Assembly (NCBI GenBank): GCA_030064985.1
Contig: JASJDV010000018.1
Coordinates: 6,056-70,055, forward strand
From: Simkaniaceae bacterium
GTDB taxonomy: Bacteria > Chlamydiota > Chlamydiia > Chlamydiales > Simkaniaceae
Direction of reading: 5' to 3'
DNA: 64,000 nt
Shown here: positions 55,888-64,000 of the stretch, in pieces
Position numbering within the stretch: the stretch's first letter is position 1
Layout of the letters: the number at the start of each line of letters is the position of its first letter
The notes under the pieces: model-generated
Told to the model about the DNA's origin: nothing
Databases searched by the model: none
The model's input: the letters and a program-made list of their open reading frames with translations, nothing else
Translations under genes and position numbers: made by a program

Positions 55888-56976
55888 TTGAAAGCTAAAA
55901 TTGAGAGGCTGCTCTCTCACCTGGAAGAGGTGGAAACGGCTCTAGGTAACCCTGAAGTCCACTTTGATAAGAAGAAGTACAAAGAGCTCTCTCAAGAACA
56001 TTCCTATCTCTCAGAACTTCGGGGGACGTATCAACAATTTCAAAAAGCTGAAAAAGAGCTAGAGGATAACAAGGCCTTTCTTAAAGAAGAAAGTGATCCT
56101 GAATTCACTTCTGTCATCAAAGAAGAGATTGAAAAACTAGAAGCTCAAGTCTCTATTCTTAACGCAAAGCTTGAAACTCTTCTTGTTCCTCCAGATTCTA
56201 ACGATCACGCGAATGTTATTATGGAAATACGTGCTGGAACAGGAGGAGATGAAGCAGCGCTTTTTGTCGGTGATTGTGTGCGGATGTATCGTCTTTACTC
56301 CGATCATATGAGCTGGAAAATGGAAACCCTTGCTCTCACTGATTCTGAAGCGGGTGGATACAAAGAATACATCTTTTCGGTGACGGGTAAAAACGTACAC
56401 CGCTATCTTCAGTATGAAGCGGGGACTCATCGCGTTCAGCGCGTTCCGGAAACCGAAACGCAAGGACGTGTTCATACCTCTGCCATTACTGTTGCTGTGT
56501 TAATGGAACCTAGAGAAAAAGAAAGCCTCACTATCGATGAAAAAGATTTAAAAATCGATACCTATCGTGCCTCTGGTGCTGGAGGACAACATGTCAATAC
56601 GACCGACTCAGCTGTTCGGATTACTCATCTGTCAACAGGTGTTGTTGTGTACTGCCAAGAAGAGCGCTCGCAGCACAAAAACAAAGAAAAAGCGCTTCGC
56701 GTTCTTGTTGCAAAGCTTGCTGAAGAAAAAAGGCGAAAAGAAGCGGAAGAAAGAGCGTTCCTGCGCTCATTTCAAGTAGGTTCTGGAGATCGCAGCGAAC
56801 GGATCCGCACCTACAATTATTCTCAAAACCGCGTCACCGATCACCGGATCAATCTTACCTTGTATAAACTTGATCAGATCATGGAAGGAAGCCTGCGAGA
56901 GATCTCCGAAGCTCTTATCAGCCACTTCCACCAAGAGAAACTTAAGTCTGTGGATCAACCCCATACAATAGAATGA
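55888..56976 (+). CDS. prfA: Peptide chain release factor 1
   Basis: 362 aa with a TTG start 5 nt after AAGGGG. GGQ motif [17 protein letters not shown] and an RF1-type PxT tripeptide ([10 protein letters not shown]). Confidence 0.96.
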   Translation: MKAKIERLLSHLEEVETALGNPEVHFDKKKYKELSQEHSYLSELRGTYQQFQKAEKELEDNKAFLKEESDPEFTSVIKEEIEKLEAQVSILNAKLETLLVPPDSNDHANVIMEIRAGTGGDEAALFVGDCVRMYRLYSDHMSWKMETLALTDSEAGGYKEYIFSVTGKNVHRYLQYEAGTHRVQRVPETETQGRVHTSAITVAVLMEPREKESLTIDEKDLKIDTYRASGAGGQHVNTTDSAVRITHLSTGVVVYCQEERSQHKNKEKALRVLVAKLAEEKRRKEAEERAFLRSFQVGSGDRSERIRTYNYSQNRVTDHRINLTLYKLDQIMEGSLREISEALISHFHQEKLKSVDQPHTIE

Positions 56977-57001
56977 TTTTTCTAACCTATACAACTATTT
57001 T

Positions 57002-57862
57002 TTGAGACAGGGGGTACTTTTGTACACAATCCGTGAGCTCACTACACGTTCTACTAAATATCTGGAAAAACGAGGTATCCAATCTGCGCGGCGCGTTTCT
57101 GAAGAACTCCTGTTTGCCTTACTCAATCGGAAGCGGCTGGACCTTTATTTTGACTATGATGCTCCTTTGGGAGAAAAGGAGGCGGTACGTTATAAGCAGT
57201 GGGTGAAGCGTAAAGGGCTGAGAGAACCTTTTGCTTATATTGTGGGTGAGGTTGAATTTTTAGACCTCAAGCTTAAGGTGACTCCTGCAACCCTCATTCC
57301 GCGTTATGAAACAGAAATTTTTGCGGATCTCATTGTCAAAAGCCTTCCAAAGGCGCCTCTCGAGGTTTGGGATGTGTGCACAGGAACGGGGTGTCTTGGT
57401 CTTGCAGTCAAAAATAGACGTTCTGCATGCCGAGTGAAGTTAGCAGATATTTCAGGTGAGGCATTAAAGGTTGCGAAGATAAACGCCGAGAAAAATCATT
57501 TAGACGTTGAATTTTTAGAAGGGGATTTACTTACCCCTTTTAGGGGAAAGAAAGGGGATGTGGTGATTTGTAACCCTCCTTACGTTGCCCCTGAAGACTA
57601 TGAGAAGCTTGAAGAGGAAGTAAGGGCCTTTGAGCCGAAAAAAGCCCTGATTGGAGGACTTCATTTTTATCGCCGTCTAGCACTGGAGCTTCCCCCTTTT
57701 TTACACTCTAAAGCAAAAATATTTTTTGAAATTGGGAGAGGGCAGGGAAAGGATCTTATGGAAATTTTTTCCGAAAGTCATTGGATCCACAAGAAATGTG
57801 ACAAAGACTGGAGCGGCCACGACCGGTTCTTTTTCCTTGAATATGACAAGAATTTTCAGTAA
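57002..57862 (+). CDS. prmC: Release factor glutamine methyltransferase
   Basis: NPPY motif (VICNPPYV) and SAM-binding WDVCTGTGCLG. There is no in-frame ATG near the 5' end, so the start is TTG 57002 or TTG 57020. Confidence 0.88.
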   Translation: MRQGVLLYTIRELTTRSTKYLEKRGIQSARRVSEELLFALLNRKRLDLYFDYDAPLGEKEAVRYKQWVKRKGLREPFAYIVGEVEFLDLKLKVTPATLIPRYETEIFADLIVKSLPKAPLEVWDVCTGTGCLGLAVKNRRSACRVKLADISGEALKVAKINAEKNHLDVEFLEGDLLTPFRGKKGDVVICNPPYVAPEDYEKLEEEVRAFEPKKALIGGLHFYRRLALELPPFLHSKAKIFFEIGRGQGKDLMEIFSESHWIHKKCDKDWSGHDRFFFLEYDKNFQ

Positions 57863-57887
57863 GATGAATGGCTCACAGGAGAAATCG

Positions 57888-59225
57888 ATGTTTGGCGGTA
57901 TCACTGAAAAATTTCGAAACATTTTCACAGCATTAGGCTCTAAAAAAAAGCTCACAGAAGAAAACATTTCAGATGCCGTGCGTGAGGTCCGTTTGGCCCT
58001 CTTGGATGCCGATGTGAACTATACTGTTGCTAAAAACTTCATCAAAAGAGTGAAAGAAAAGGCTCTTGGCGAAGCAATCACAAAATCGGTGAGCGCAGGC
58101 GATCAATTTACTAAGATTATCCATGATGAGCTCAAAAGTTTAATGGGAAGCGATGAAGCTCCTTTGACCATTGGCCACCGACCTTCTGTCATTTTACTGT
58201 GCGGCCTTCAAGGATCAGGAAAAACAACGCAATCGGTAAAACTTGCTGCATACCTTAGGAAGCAAGAAAAAAAAGTTTTACTCGCTGCTTGCGACTTGCA
58301 ACGCCCTGCGGCGATTGATCAATTAGAAACACTTGGAAAGCAAGCCGAAATTCCAATTTATGCAGAGCGCGATCAAAAAAATCCGGTCAAAGTTGCAACA
58401 AAAGCTCTTGACCAAGCAAATAAAGCAGCCTTTGATGTTTTGATTGTTGATACAGCTGGCCGCCTCCATATCGACGATGAGCTGATGAAAGAGCTTAGCA
58501 AAATTAAAAAAGCTTTAGACCCTCATGAAATTCTCTTTGTCGCCAACGCTGCAACAGGACAAGACGCTGTCAAAACTGCCGCAGAATTTGATGAGAAAAT
58601 TGCGATTACAGGAACGATTCTCACAATGCTTGATGGAAATACGCGCGCGGGTGCTGCTATTTCTATTCGTGAAATTACAGGTAAACCTCTCAAGTTTGAG
58701 GGGCTGGGTGAAAAGGTGAGCGACTTTCAACTATTTAACCCGCAATCAATGGCAGATCGCATTCTCGGTATGGGAGATGTGATCAACCTTGTTAAAAAAG
58801 CAGAAGAACATATCAACCAAGAGGACGTTGAAAAGCTTCGGAAAAAACTTCTGAAAGCGTCTTTTACCTATGATGATTTTTTAAAGCAGCTGCGACAGCT
58901 TAAAAAGATGGGGTCACTCAAAAGTCTTTTGTCCATGATGCCGGGCTTATCTAATCTTGGGGAATTTGAAGTCTCTGATAAGGAGATGGGAAAGATTGAA
59001 GCGATGATTCTCTCTATGACTCCCAATGAGCGTAGAGGGCTTGATGAGCTTATTCCGCCACGTCGCCATCGGATTGCAACTGGAAGTGGATCTTCCATCA
59101 ATGCTGTCAACCGGATGATCAAAAACTTTAAGCGGATCAAACAGCTGATGAAGAAAATGCCAGGTATGAAGAAAAAATTCACGAATGACCCGGCGCTTAA
59201 AGGAAAGCTTGGCAATTTCCTTTAG
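57888..59225 (+). CDS. ffh: Signal recognition particle protein Ffh
   Basis: MFGGITEKFRNIF start, GTPase motifs GLQGSGKTT and DTAGRL, and a Met-rich M domain (LLSMMPGL...MILSMTP). The track ORF starts upstream inside prmC. Confidence 0.96.
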   Translation: MFGGITEKFRNIFTALGSKKKLTEENISDAVREVRLALLDADVNYTVAKNFIKRVKEKALGEAITKSVSAGDQFTKIIHDELKSLMGSDEAPLTIGHRPSVILLCGLQGSGKTTQSVKLAAYLRKQEKKVLLAACDLQRPAAIDQLETLGKQAEIPIYAERDQKNPVKVATKALDQANKAAFDVLIVDTAGRLHIDDELMKELSKIKKALDPHEILFVANAATGQDAVKTAAEFDEKIAITGTILTMLDGNTRAGAAISIREITGKPLKFEGLGEKVSDFQLFNPQSMADRILGMGDVINLVKKAEEHINQEDVEKLRKKLLKASFTYDDFLKQLRQLKKMGSLKSLLSMMPGLSNLGEFEVSDKEMGKIEAMILSMTPNERRGLDELIPPRRHRIATGSGSSINAVNRMIKNFKRIKQLMKKMPGMKKKFTNDPALKGKLGNFL

Positions 59226-59395
59226 TTCTTTGAAGTAAAAATTTTCTATAAGCACAATCCAAAATGTTTTTCCCTCTCAGTTCAAGATGATTCAATCAAA
59301 AAATTGCGTTGCATCACGGATTTTCATACCCATTTTTATCCCAATTGATTATAGTAGATGACTTCATTAGATTTTGTGAATTGGAGTTTATGTAG

Positions 59396-59716
59396 ATGGC
59401 ATTAAAGATCCGCCTAAGACAACAGGGTCGAACCAATCGATTGACTTACCGCTTAGTGGTTGCAGATTCCCGCTCTCCACGTGATGGGAAATATGTTGAA
59501 AATCTTGGACATTACGATCCACATATGGATGGTGAGACAGCTGCGCTGCTTAAAGAAGATCGTATTCAACATTGGGTTAACTTAGGAGCAGAGCTCACGG
59601 AAAAAGCAGAAATGCTTGTGGCTCGAAAGGCTCCTAGAGTGATTAAAAGCCTAAAGGAAAGAGCTGCATTGAAAATAAAAAAACGCAGTGAGAAACGTAA
59701 AGCAAAGAAAAAGTAA
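59396..59716 (+). CDS. rpsP: 30S ribosomal protein S16 with basic tail
   Basis: 106 aa. MALKIRLRQQGRTNRLTYRLVVADSRSPRDGKYVENLGHYDP core and a KKRSEKRKAKKK tail. Confidence 0.95.
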   Translation: MALKIRLRQQGRTNRLTYRLVVADSRSPRDGKYVENLGHYDPHMDGETAALLKEDRIQHWVNLGAELTEKAEMLVARKAPRVIKSLKERAALKIKKRSEKRKAKKK

Positions 59717-59721
59717 CCTTT

Positions 59722-60423
59722 GTGAAACGCTTTGATATTTTGTCCCTCTTCCCTGACTATTTTAAGGGGCCATTTGATGTCAGTATGATTAAACGGGCTC
59801 GGGAAAAAGGAATTTTGGAGATTAATCTCATACACATGCGAGGTTTTGCCTCCGGGAGATATCAACAAATAGATGATCGTCCGTATGGCGGTGGACCCGG
59901 AATGGTTTTAAGGGCCGAGCCCGTTACTAAAGCCATACGGAGTGTAAAAACTAAAAAGTCCCATGTGATCTACTTAACTCCTCAAGGGAAACCGTTGACT
60001 GCAAAAAAATGCAGCGCACTCGCTGAAAAAGACCATTTAGTGGTTCTTTGCGGTCACTATGAGGGAATCGATGAAAGGGCTCTACTTTCTGAAGTTGACG
60101 AGCAGATCAGTATAGGAGACTATGTTTTAACGAGTGGCTGTCCCGCCGCAATTGTGCTAGTGGATAGTGTTTCCCGGTTTGTTCCAGGAATGATTGGCAA
60201 TGAAGAGGCTGCACGGCAAGACTCGTTCGAAAACGGACTATTTGAGGCGCCGGTATTTACAAGGCCTCCTATTTTTGAAGATATGGAAGTTCCTAAGGTT
60301 CTTCAAAATGGCAATCATGCTGAAATAGAGGCTTGGAAAGAAAAAACGGCGCGGGTAAAGACAGAGCAGGTGAGGCCTGATCTGATTGAAAAGTTAGGAA
60401 ATAACACCAATTGTGAAACATAA
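59722..60423 (+). CDS. trmD: tRNA (guanine37-N1)-methyltransferase
   Basis: 233 aa with a GTG start. FDILSLFPDYF, YGGGPGMVL and CGHYEGIDER blocks. Confidence 0.94.
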   Translation: MKRFDILSLFPDYFKGPFDVSMIKRAREKGILEINLIHMRGFASGRYQQIDDRPYGGGPGMVLRAEPVTKAIRSVKTKKSHVIYLTPQGKPLTAKKCSALAEKDHLVVLCGHYEGIDERALLSEVDEQISIGDYVLTSGCPAAIVLVDSVSRFVPGMIGNEEAARQDSFENGLFEAPVFTRPPIFEDMEVPKVLQNGNHAEIEAWKEKTARVKTEQVRPDLIEKLGNNTNCET

Positions 60424-60490
60424 AATGCAAAGATCAAGCAAAACTTGGCTCTATATTTTTTGAAATTGGTACAATTAGGAGAAAAAAGTC

Positions 60491-60985
60491 ATGAGCCGCG
60501 AAGCGCTACTTGAGGAGATCGAAGCTGCACAGCTAAAACAAGAGATTCCTCATTTTAATGTCGGTGATACGATCAAAGTTCATATTCGAATCATTGAGGG
60601 GGAAAAAGAAAGAATTCAGGTTTTTACAGGAACTGTCATTGGCCGTAAGGGATCAGGTCTTTCTGAGACTTTCTCAATGTACAGAATTGCCTATGGAGCC
60701 CGAATGGAAAGGGTTTTTTCCCTGCATAGTCCACGCATTTCTAAGATTGAAGTGGTGCGCTCTGGGAAAGTTCGTCGCGCCAAGCTTTATTATTTGAGAG
60801 GAGCTGCAGGGAAAGCTGCAAAAGTTAAAGAAAAAATCGGAATCAAAAAATCAAAGTTTGCTGCCCTTATTCATGAAGAAGCATCTCCTAGGCCCGTAGT
60901 AGAAGCTCCAAAAGCTGATGAAAAAAAAGTCGAAAAGCCTCAAGTAAAGAAAAAAGCTGAAGAGGAAACTCATAAGTCGGAGTAG
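60491..60985 (+). CDS. rplS: 50S ribosomal protein L19 with Lys-rich C-terminal extension
   Basis: 164 aa. [33 protein letters not shown] core followed by a ~50-aa K/A/E-rich tail. Confidence 0.95.
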   Translation: MSREALLEEIEAAQLKQEIPHFNVGDTIKVHIRIIEGEKERIQVFTGTVIGRKGSGLSETFSMYRIAYGARMERVFSLHSPRISKIEVVRSGKVRRAKLYYLRGAAGKAAKVKEKIGIKKSKFAALIHEEASPRPVVEAPKADEKKVEKPQVKKKAEEETHKSE

Positions 60986-60990
60986 GATCT

Positions 60991-61635
60991 ATGAGTCAGA
61001 CCGTGTACGAAGAGCAAGCTTACTTCGAAGGGCATCGGCTCATCGCTGGTGTGGACGAAGCAGGGAGAGGCCCCCTTGCAGGGCCAGTTGTTGCTGCAGC
61101 CTGTATCCTTCCTCGATCCCTACATATTGAAGGAATCGATGATAGTAAAAAGCTTAAAGCCAAGCAAAGGGAAAAGCTCTATCATGTTTTAATCACCCAC
61201 CCCGCTATCGTCTACGGAATTGGGGTGATAGAGAATGCTCTGATTGATAAGATCAATATTTTAAGAGCCTCTCTTCAAGCCATGGCTTTAGCTGTTAAAA
61301 AGCTTTCTAAAGAACCAGATTACCTTTTGATCGACGGGAATCATCTTCCCCCGACACACATTGCTTCAAAAGCTGTGATAAAAGGTGATAGTCATTCAGT
61401 TAGCATTGGAGCCGCTTCGATTATTGCAAAACATAAGAGAGATCTTTTGATGATCGAGTATCACAAAAAGTATCCCAATTATGGTTTTGCTCAACATAAA
61501 GGTTATGGGACAAAAGTTCATGTAGAAGCGCTAAAACTGCACGGACCCTGCCCCATTCACCGAACGAGTTTTGAACCTGTGAAGTCCTTGACTTCTCCTT
61601 TAAAGTTGGATATAACTAGCGCGCAACAAAATTGA
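60991..61635 (+). CDS. rnhB: Ribonuclease HII
   Basis: 214 aa. Catalytic block GVDEAGRGPLAGPVVAAA, plus DSKKL and IIAKHKRD blocks. Confidence 0.94.
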   Translation: MSQTVYEEQAYFEGHRLIAGVDEAGRGPLAGPVVAAACILPRSLHIEGIDDSKKLKAKQREKLYHVLITHPAIVYGIGVIENALIDKINILRASLQAMALAVKKLSKEPDYLLIDGNHLPPTHIASKAVIKGDSHSVSIGAASIIAKHKRDLLMIEYHKKYPNYGFAQHKGYGTKVHVEALKLHGPCPIHRTSFEPVKSLTSPLKLDITSAQQN

Positions 61636-61645
61636 GATTTCCTCT

Positions 61646-62530
61646 ATGGCTCGCAGCATGACAGCTTATGGAAGAGCCCACGCAAAAACAAACGCTGGAC
61701 TCTTTTTGATTGAAATTCACTCGGTGAATCGGAAAAGCTTAACGATTAATACATATCTTCCAAAAGAGTTTCTCGTTTTGGAGATGGGACTCCGCGCTCG
61801 TTTAGCAGCTGTTGTCAAAGGAGGCTATATCACGATTCGAATCACTAAAGAAGCCGATTCTGCAGCGCTACTAGACATTCCCCCTATAGAAGCTCTAAAA
61901 AAACTCCACTTAGATTGGGAAGCTTGCGCGAAAAAGCTCGGTTATGACGCCAAAGAGGCGGTCCCTTTTTCAATGATCATGCGATTTGCTTTGAGGACAA
62001 CAGCTTCAGCAACAGCGCCTACTGATGAACGATTAAAAAAAGAGCTTCTTAAAGGATTTGATGAAGCGACCCGTGCTTTTATGGAAATGAAGGAGATCGA
62101 AGGTCATGCTTTGGTTGCCGACCTTCTTCCACGCCTAAATCAAATCGAACAAGCTATTGAAAAGGCTGAAGAGCTCTCAAGGCTTGCTCCCAAACGGTAT
62201 CACGATCGGTTAGCTAAGAAACTTGAAGAGGTAAAAATCAATCATGGGACGGATGAAGACCGGCTGATCCGAGAAATCGTCCTTTTTACTGACAAGATTG
62301 ATGTTACTGAAGAAATCACCCGTCTTTCTTCACATATCCAGCAATGTAAGGGCATTCTTAAGGAAGAGAAGGCTCTTGTAGGGCGTGAGTTAGATTTTTT
62401 AACGCAAGAAATGAACCGCGAAGTCAATACCATTGCAGCAAAGTCCCAAGAACTTGAGATGACTCAAGTGATTTTAGGGGTAAAAAACGAACTATACAAA
62501 ATGCGGGAGCAGCTGGCTAATATAGAATGA
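61646..62530 (+). CDS. yicC: YicC family stress-induced protein
   Basis: 294 aa. SMTAYGRA start and the C-terminal EEITRLSSH...REVNTIAAKS signature. It sits immediately upstream of gmk, as in many bacteria. Confidence 0.88.
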   Translation: MARSMTAYGRAHAKTNAGLFLIEIHSVNRKSLTINTYLPKEFLVLEMGLRARLAAVVKGGYITIRITKEADSAALLDIPPIEALKKLHLDWEACAKKLGYDAKEAVPFSMIMRFALRTTASATAPTDERLKKELLKGFDEATRAFMEMKEIEGHALVADLLPRLNQIEQAIEKAEELSRLAPKRYHDRLAKKLEEVKINHGTDEDRLIREIVLFTDKIDVTEEITRLSSHIQQCKGILKEEKALVGRELDFLTQEMNREVNTIAAKSQELEMTQVILGVKNELYKMREQLANIE

Positions 62531-63108
62531 CAAGGCGACTTTTTATTATCAGTGCCCCTGCTGGGGCGGGAAAGACAACTCTCGTCCGTATGCTTAAAGA
62601 TGCCTTTCCCAACCAGGTCACTCAAACCATTTCTTGTACGACAAGAAAGCCTCGAAAAGGGGAAATCGATGGAAGAGACTATCTCTTTTTAACGAAGAAT
62701 GCTTTTAAAGAAAGAGTAAAAAGAGGGGACTTTCTAGAGCATGCAACAGTCTTTGGAGATCAGTACGGCACATTGAAAGAGAGGGTGACAAGCCAACAAA
62801 CAAAGGGTAAGAGCGTCATCTTAGTGATCGATACTCAAGGGGCTTTAGAGCTGAAAAAGAAAACCAAAGCGACGTTTATCTTTATTGTTCCCCCCTCTAT
62901 GGAAATTTTAGAAGAAAGACTAAAGACTAGAAAAACAGAATCGCCTGAAACCTTAAAGAAACGCCTCAAGTGGGCAAAGCATGAAATGGAACAGGCAAAA
63001 TTTTACGATTATACCATTGTCAATGACGATTTAGAAATAGCTTATAAAGCTTTGAAAAAGATCGTTATTGCTGAAAAATATCGCGAAGGAGGAAACCATG
63101 GCGCGTGA
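62527..63108 (+). CDS. gmk: Guanylate kinase
   Basis: 193 aa. P-loop ISAPAGAGKTTL and a GEIDGRDYLFL block. ATGA overlap with yicC. Confidence 0.94.
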   Translation: MTRRLFIISAPAGAGKTTLVRMLKDAFPNQVTQTISCTTRKPRKGEIDGRDYLFLTKNAFKERVKRGDFLEHATVFGDQYGTLKERVTSQQTKGKSVILVIDTQGALELKKKTKATFIFIVPPSMEILEERLKTRKTESPETLKKRLKWAKHEMEQAKFYDYTIVNDDLEIAYKALKKIVIAEKYREGGNHGA

Positions 63109-63289
63109 TGAACTGACCAAAGAAGTCTATACGACGTTTTTTAAAGATAACTTTGAACTGACTCGGTATGCAATTGGAGTAGCTCAGAAACAAATCCGAG
63201 GGGGAAATGACGATTTAAATGTGACCCGTCTTCTGAGAGAAATTCGAAAACACCCACCTAAGCGTATGGAAGAAGAAACTCAATCATGA
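63098..63289 (+). CDS. Small protein in the rpoZ position (possible divergent RNA polymerase omega)
   Basis: 63 aa from ATG 63098. It overlaps gmk by 11 nt and metG by ATGA. DNFELTRYAIGVAQKQIR loosely resembles the omega NRF(D/E)LVxxAAxRARQ helix. The yicC-gmk-rpoZ order is common in bacteria. Confidence 0.4.
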   Translation: MARDELTKEVYTTFFKDNFELTRYAIGVAQKQIRGGNDDLNVTRLLREIRKHPPKRMEEETQS

Positions 63290-64000
63290 AAGTTCTGATA
63301 ACAGCGGCACTTCCCTATGCAAATGGGCCCTTGCACTTTGGGCACGTCGCTGGAGCTTACCTCCCAGCGGATTGCTATGCACGTTTTCAGAGACTCATAG
63401 GAAACGAGGTGCTCTATATTTGCGGCTCTGATGAGCATGGCGTTGCCATTACACTCAGTGCTGAACTTGCAGGGCGCACTCCAAAAGAGCACGTCGATCA
63501 TTTTCATCAAGTTTTAAAAGAATTCTTCCAAAAGATGAAGATTGACTTTGATCACTATTCTCGAACAACTTGGGAGGGACATGTTGAACCTTCCCAAACC
63601 TATTTCAAGCAGCTTTTGAAAAATGGTTACATCGAAGAAAAGGTAACAAACCAACTCTATTCTGAACAAGATCAACGGTTCCTTGCAGATCGGTATGTTA
63701 TGGGAATCTGCCCAAAATGCGGCTTTGCAGAGGCTCGGGGAGATGAGTGTCAAAAATGTGGCGCAAGCTATGAAGCAACCGACGTAAAAAAGCCTCGATC
63801 CAAGTTAACTGGAGCTTTTCTCACATTAAAAGCGACAAAGCATTGGTTCATCCGTTTTGATCTTTTCAAGGACCAGCTTTCTGAGTGGATTAAGAAGAAA
63901 AACTGGAAGTCCAATGTTATCAATTTCGCTCAAAACTATATCGATGATCTTAAACCTCGAGCCATTACCCGTGATTCTGACTGGGGAATTCCGGTTCCAT
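63286..64000 (+). CDS. metG: Methionine--tRNA ligase (5' part, runs off the window)
   Basis: This open frame is not in the ORF track because there is no stop before 64000. MKVLITAALPYANGPLHFGHVAGAYLPAD (HIGH-type motif) and zinc knuckle CPKCGFAEARGDECQKCG. Confidence 0.93.
   Translation, partial: MKVLITAALPYANGPLHFGHVAGAYLPADCYARFQRLIGNEVLYICGSDEHGVAITLSAELAGRTPKEHVDHFHQVLKEFFQKMKIDFDHYSRTTWEGHVEPSQTYFKQLLKNGYIEEKVTNQLYSEQDQRFLADRYVMGICPKCGFAEARGDECQKCGASYEATDVKKPRSKLTGAFLTLKATKHWFIRFDLFKDQLSEWIKKKNWKSNVINFAQNYIDDLKPRAITRDSDWGIPVP

Overview
This 64-kb chromosomal window looks like a member of the Chlamydiota outside the classical Chlamydiaceae; that placement is inference from gene content and order. 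It opens at dnaA and carries the type III secretion export-gate genes sctU and sctV and an FtsH with a very long extracytoplasmic domain. Several gene strings match what I recall from Chlamydia trachomatis (from memory, to be verified): nfo-rpsD beside trhO; lptF-lptG-tilS-ftsH ... pnp-rpsO-tadA; and rpmE-prfA-prmC-ffh-rpsP-trmD-rplS-rnhB ... gmk-small ORF-metG. About 50 protein-coding genes are mostly housekeeping (replication, translation, tRNA modification, LPS transport, glycogen branching, DNA ligase). I found one tRNA-Leu(GAG) and no rRNA, CRISPR array, transposase or integrase. Two regions are clearly accessory. (1) 18.7-27.3 kb is a tandem array of five OppA-like substrate-binding-protein genes, only one of which is plainly intact. 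Two diverged copies share the same in-frame TAA at a conserved Glu codon, one copy is frameshifted in an A10 tract right after its lipoprotein signal peptide, one carries a ~650-aa N-terminal extension in place of a signal peptide, and one is a deletion scar. (2) 46.4-50.8 kb is a ~2-kb unit duplicated in tandem between the convergent ends of ftsH and pnp. Each unit encodes a secreted seven-bladed YVTN-type beta-propeller protein, and the long non-coding leader is duplicated too. The window also holds a class III anaerobic ribonucleotide reductase pair (nrdD/nrdG) preceded by an NrdR-box-like palindrome, a rhomboid-like membrane protein that seems to lack the catalytic residues, and an orphan plus-strand terminator downstream of the tRNA. 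All calls come from reading the ORF translations and sequence by eye; no searches were run.
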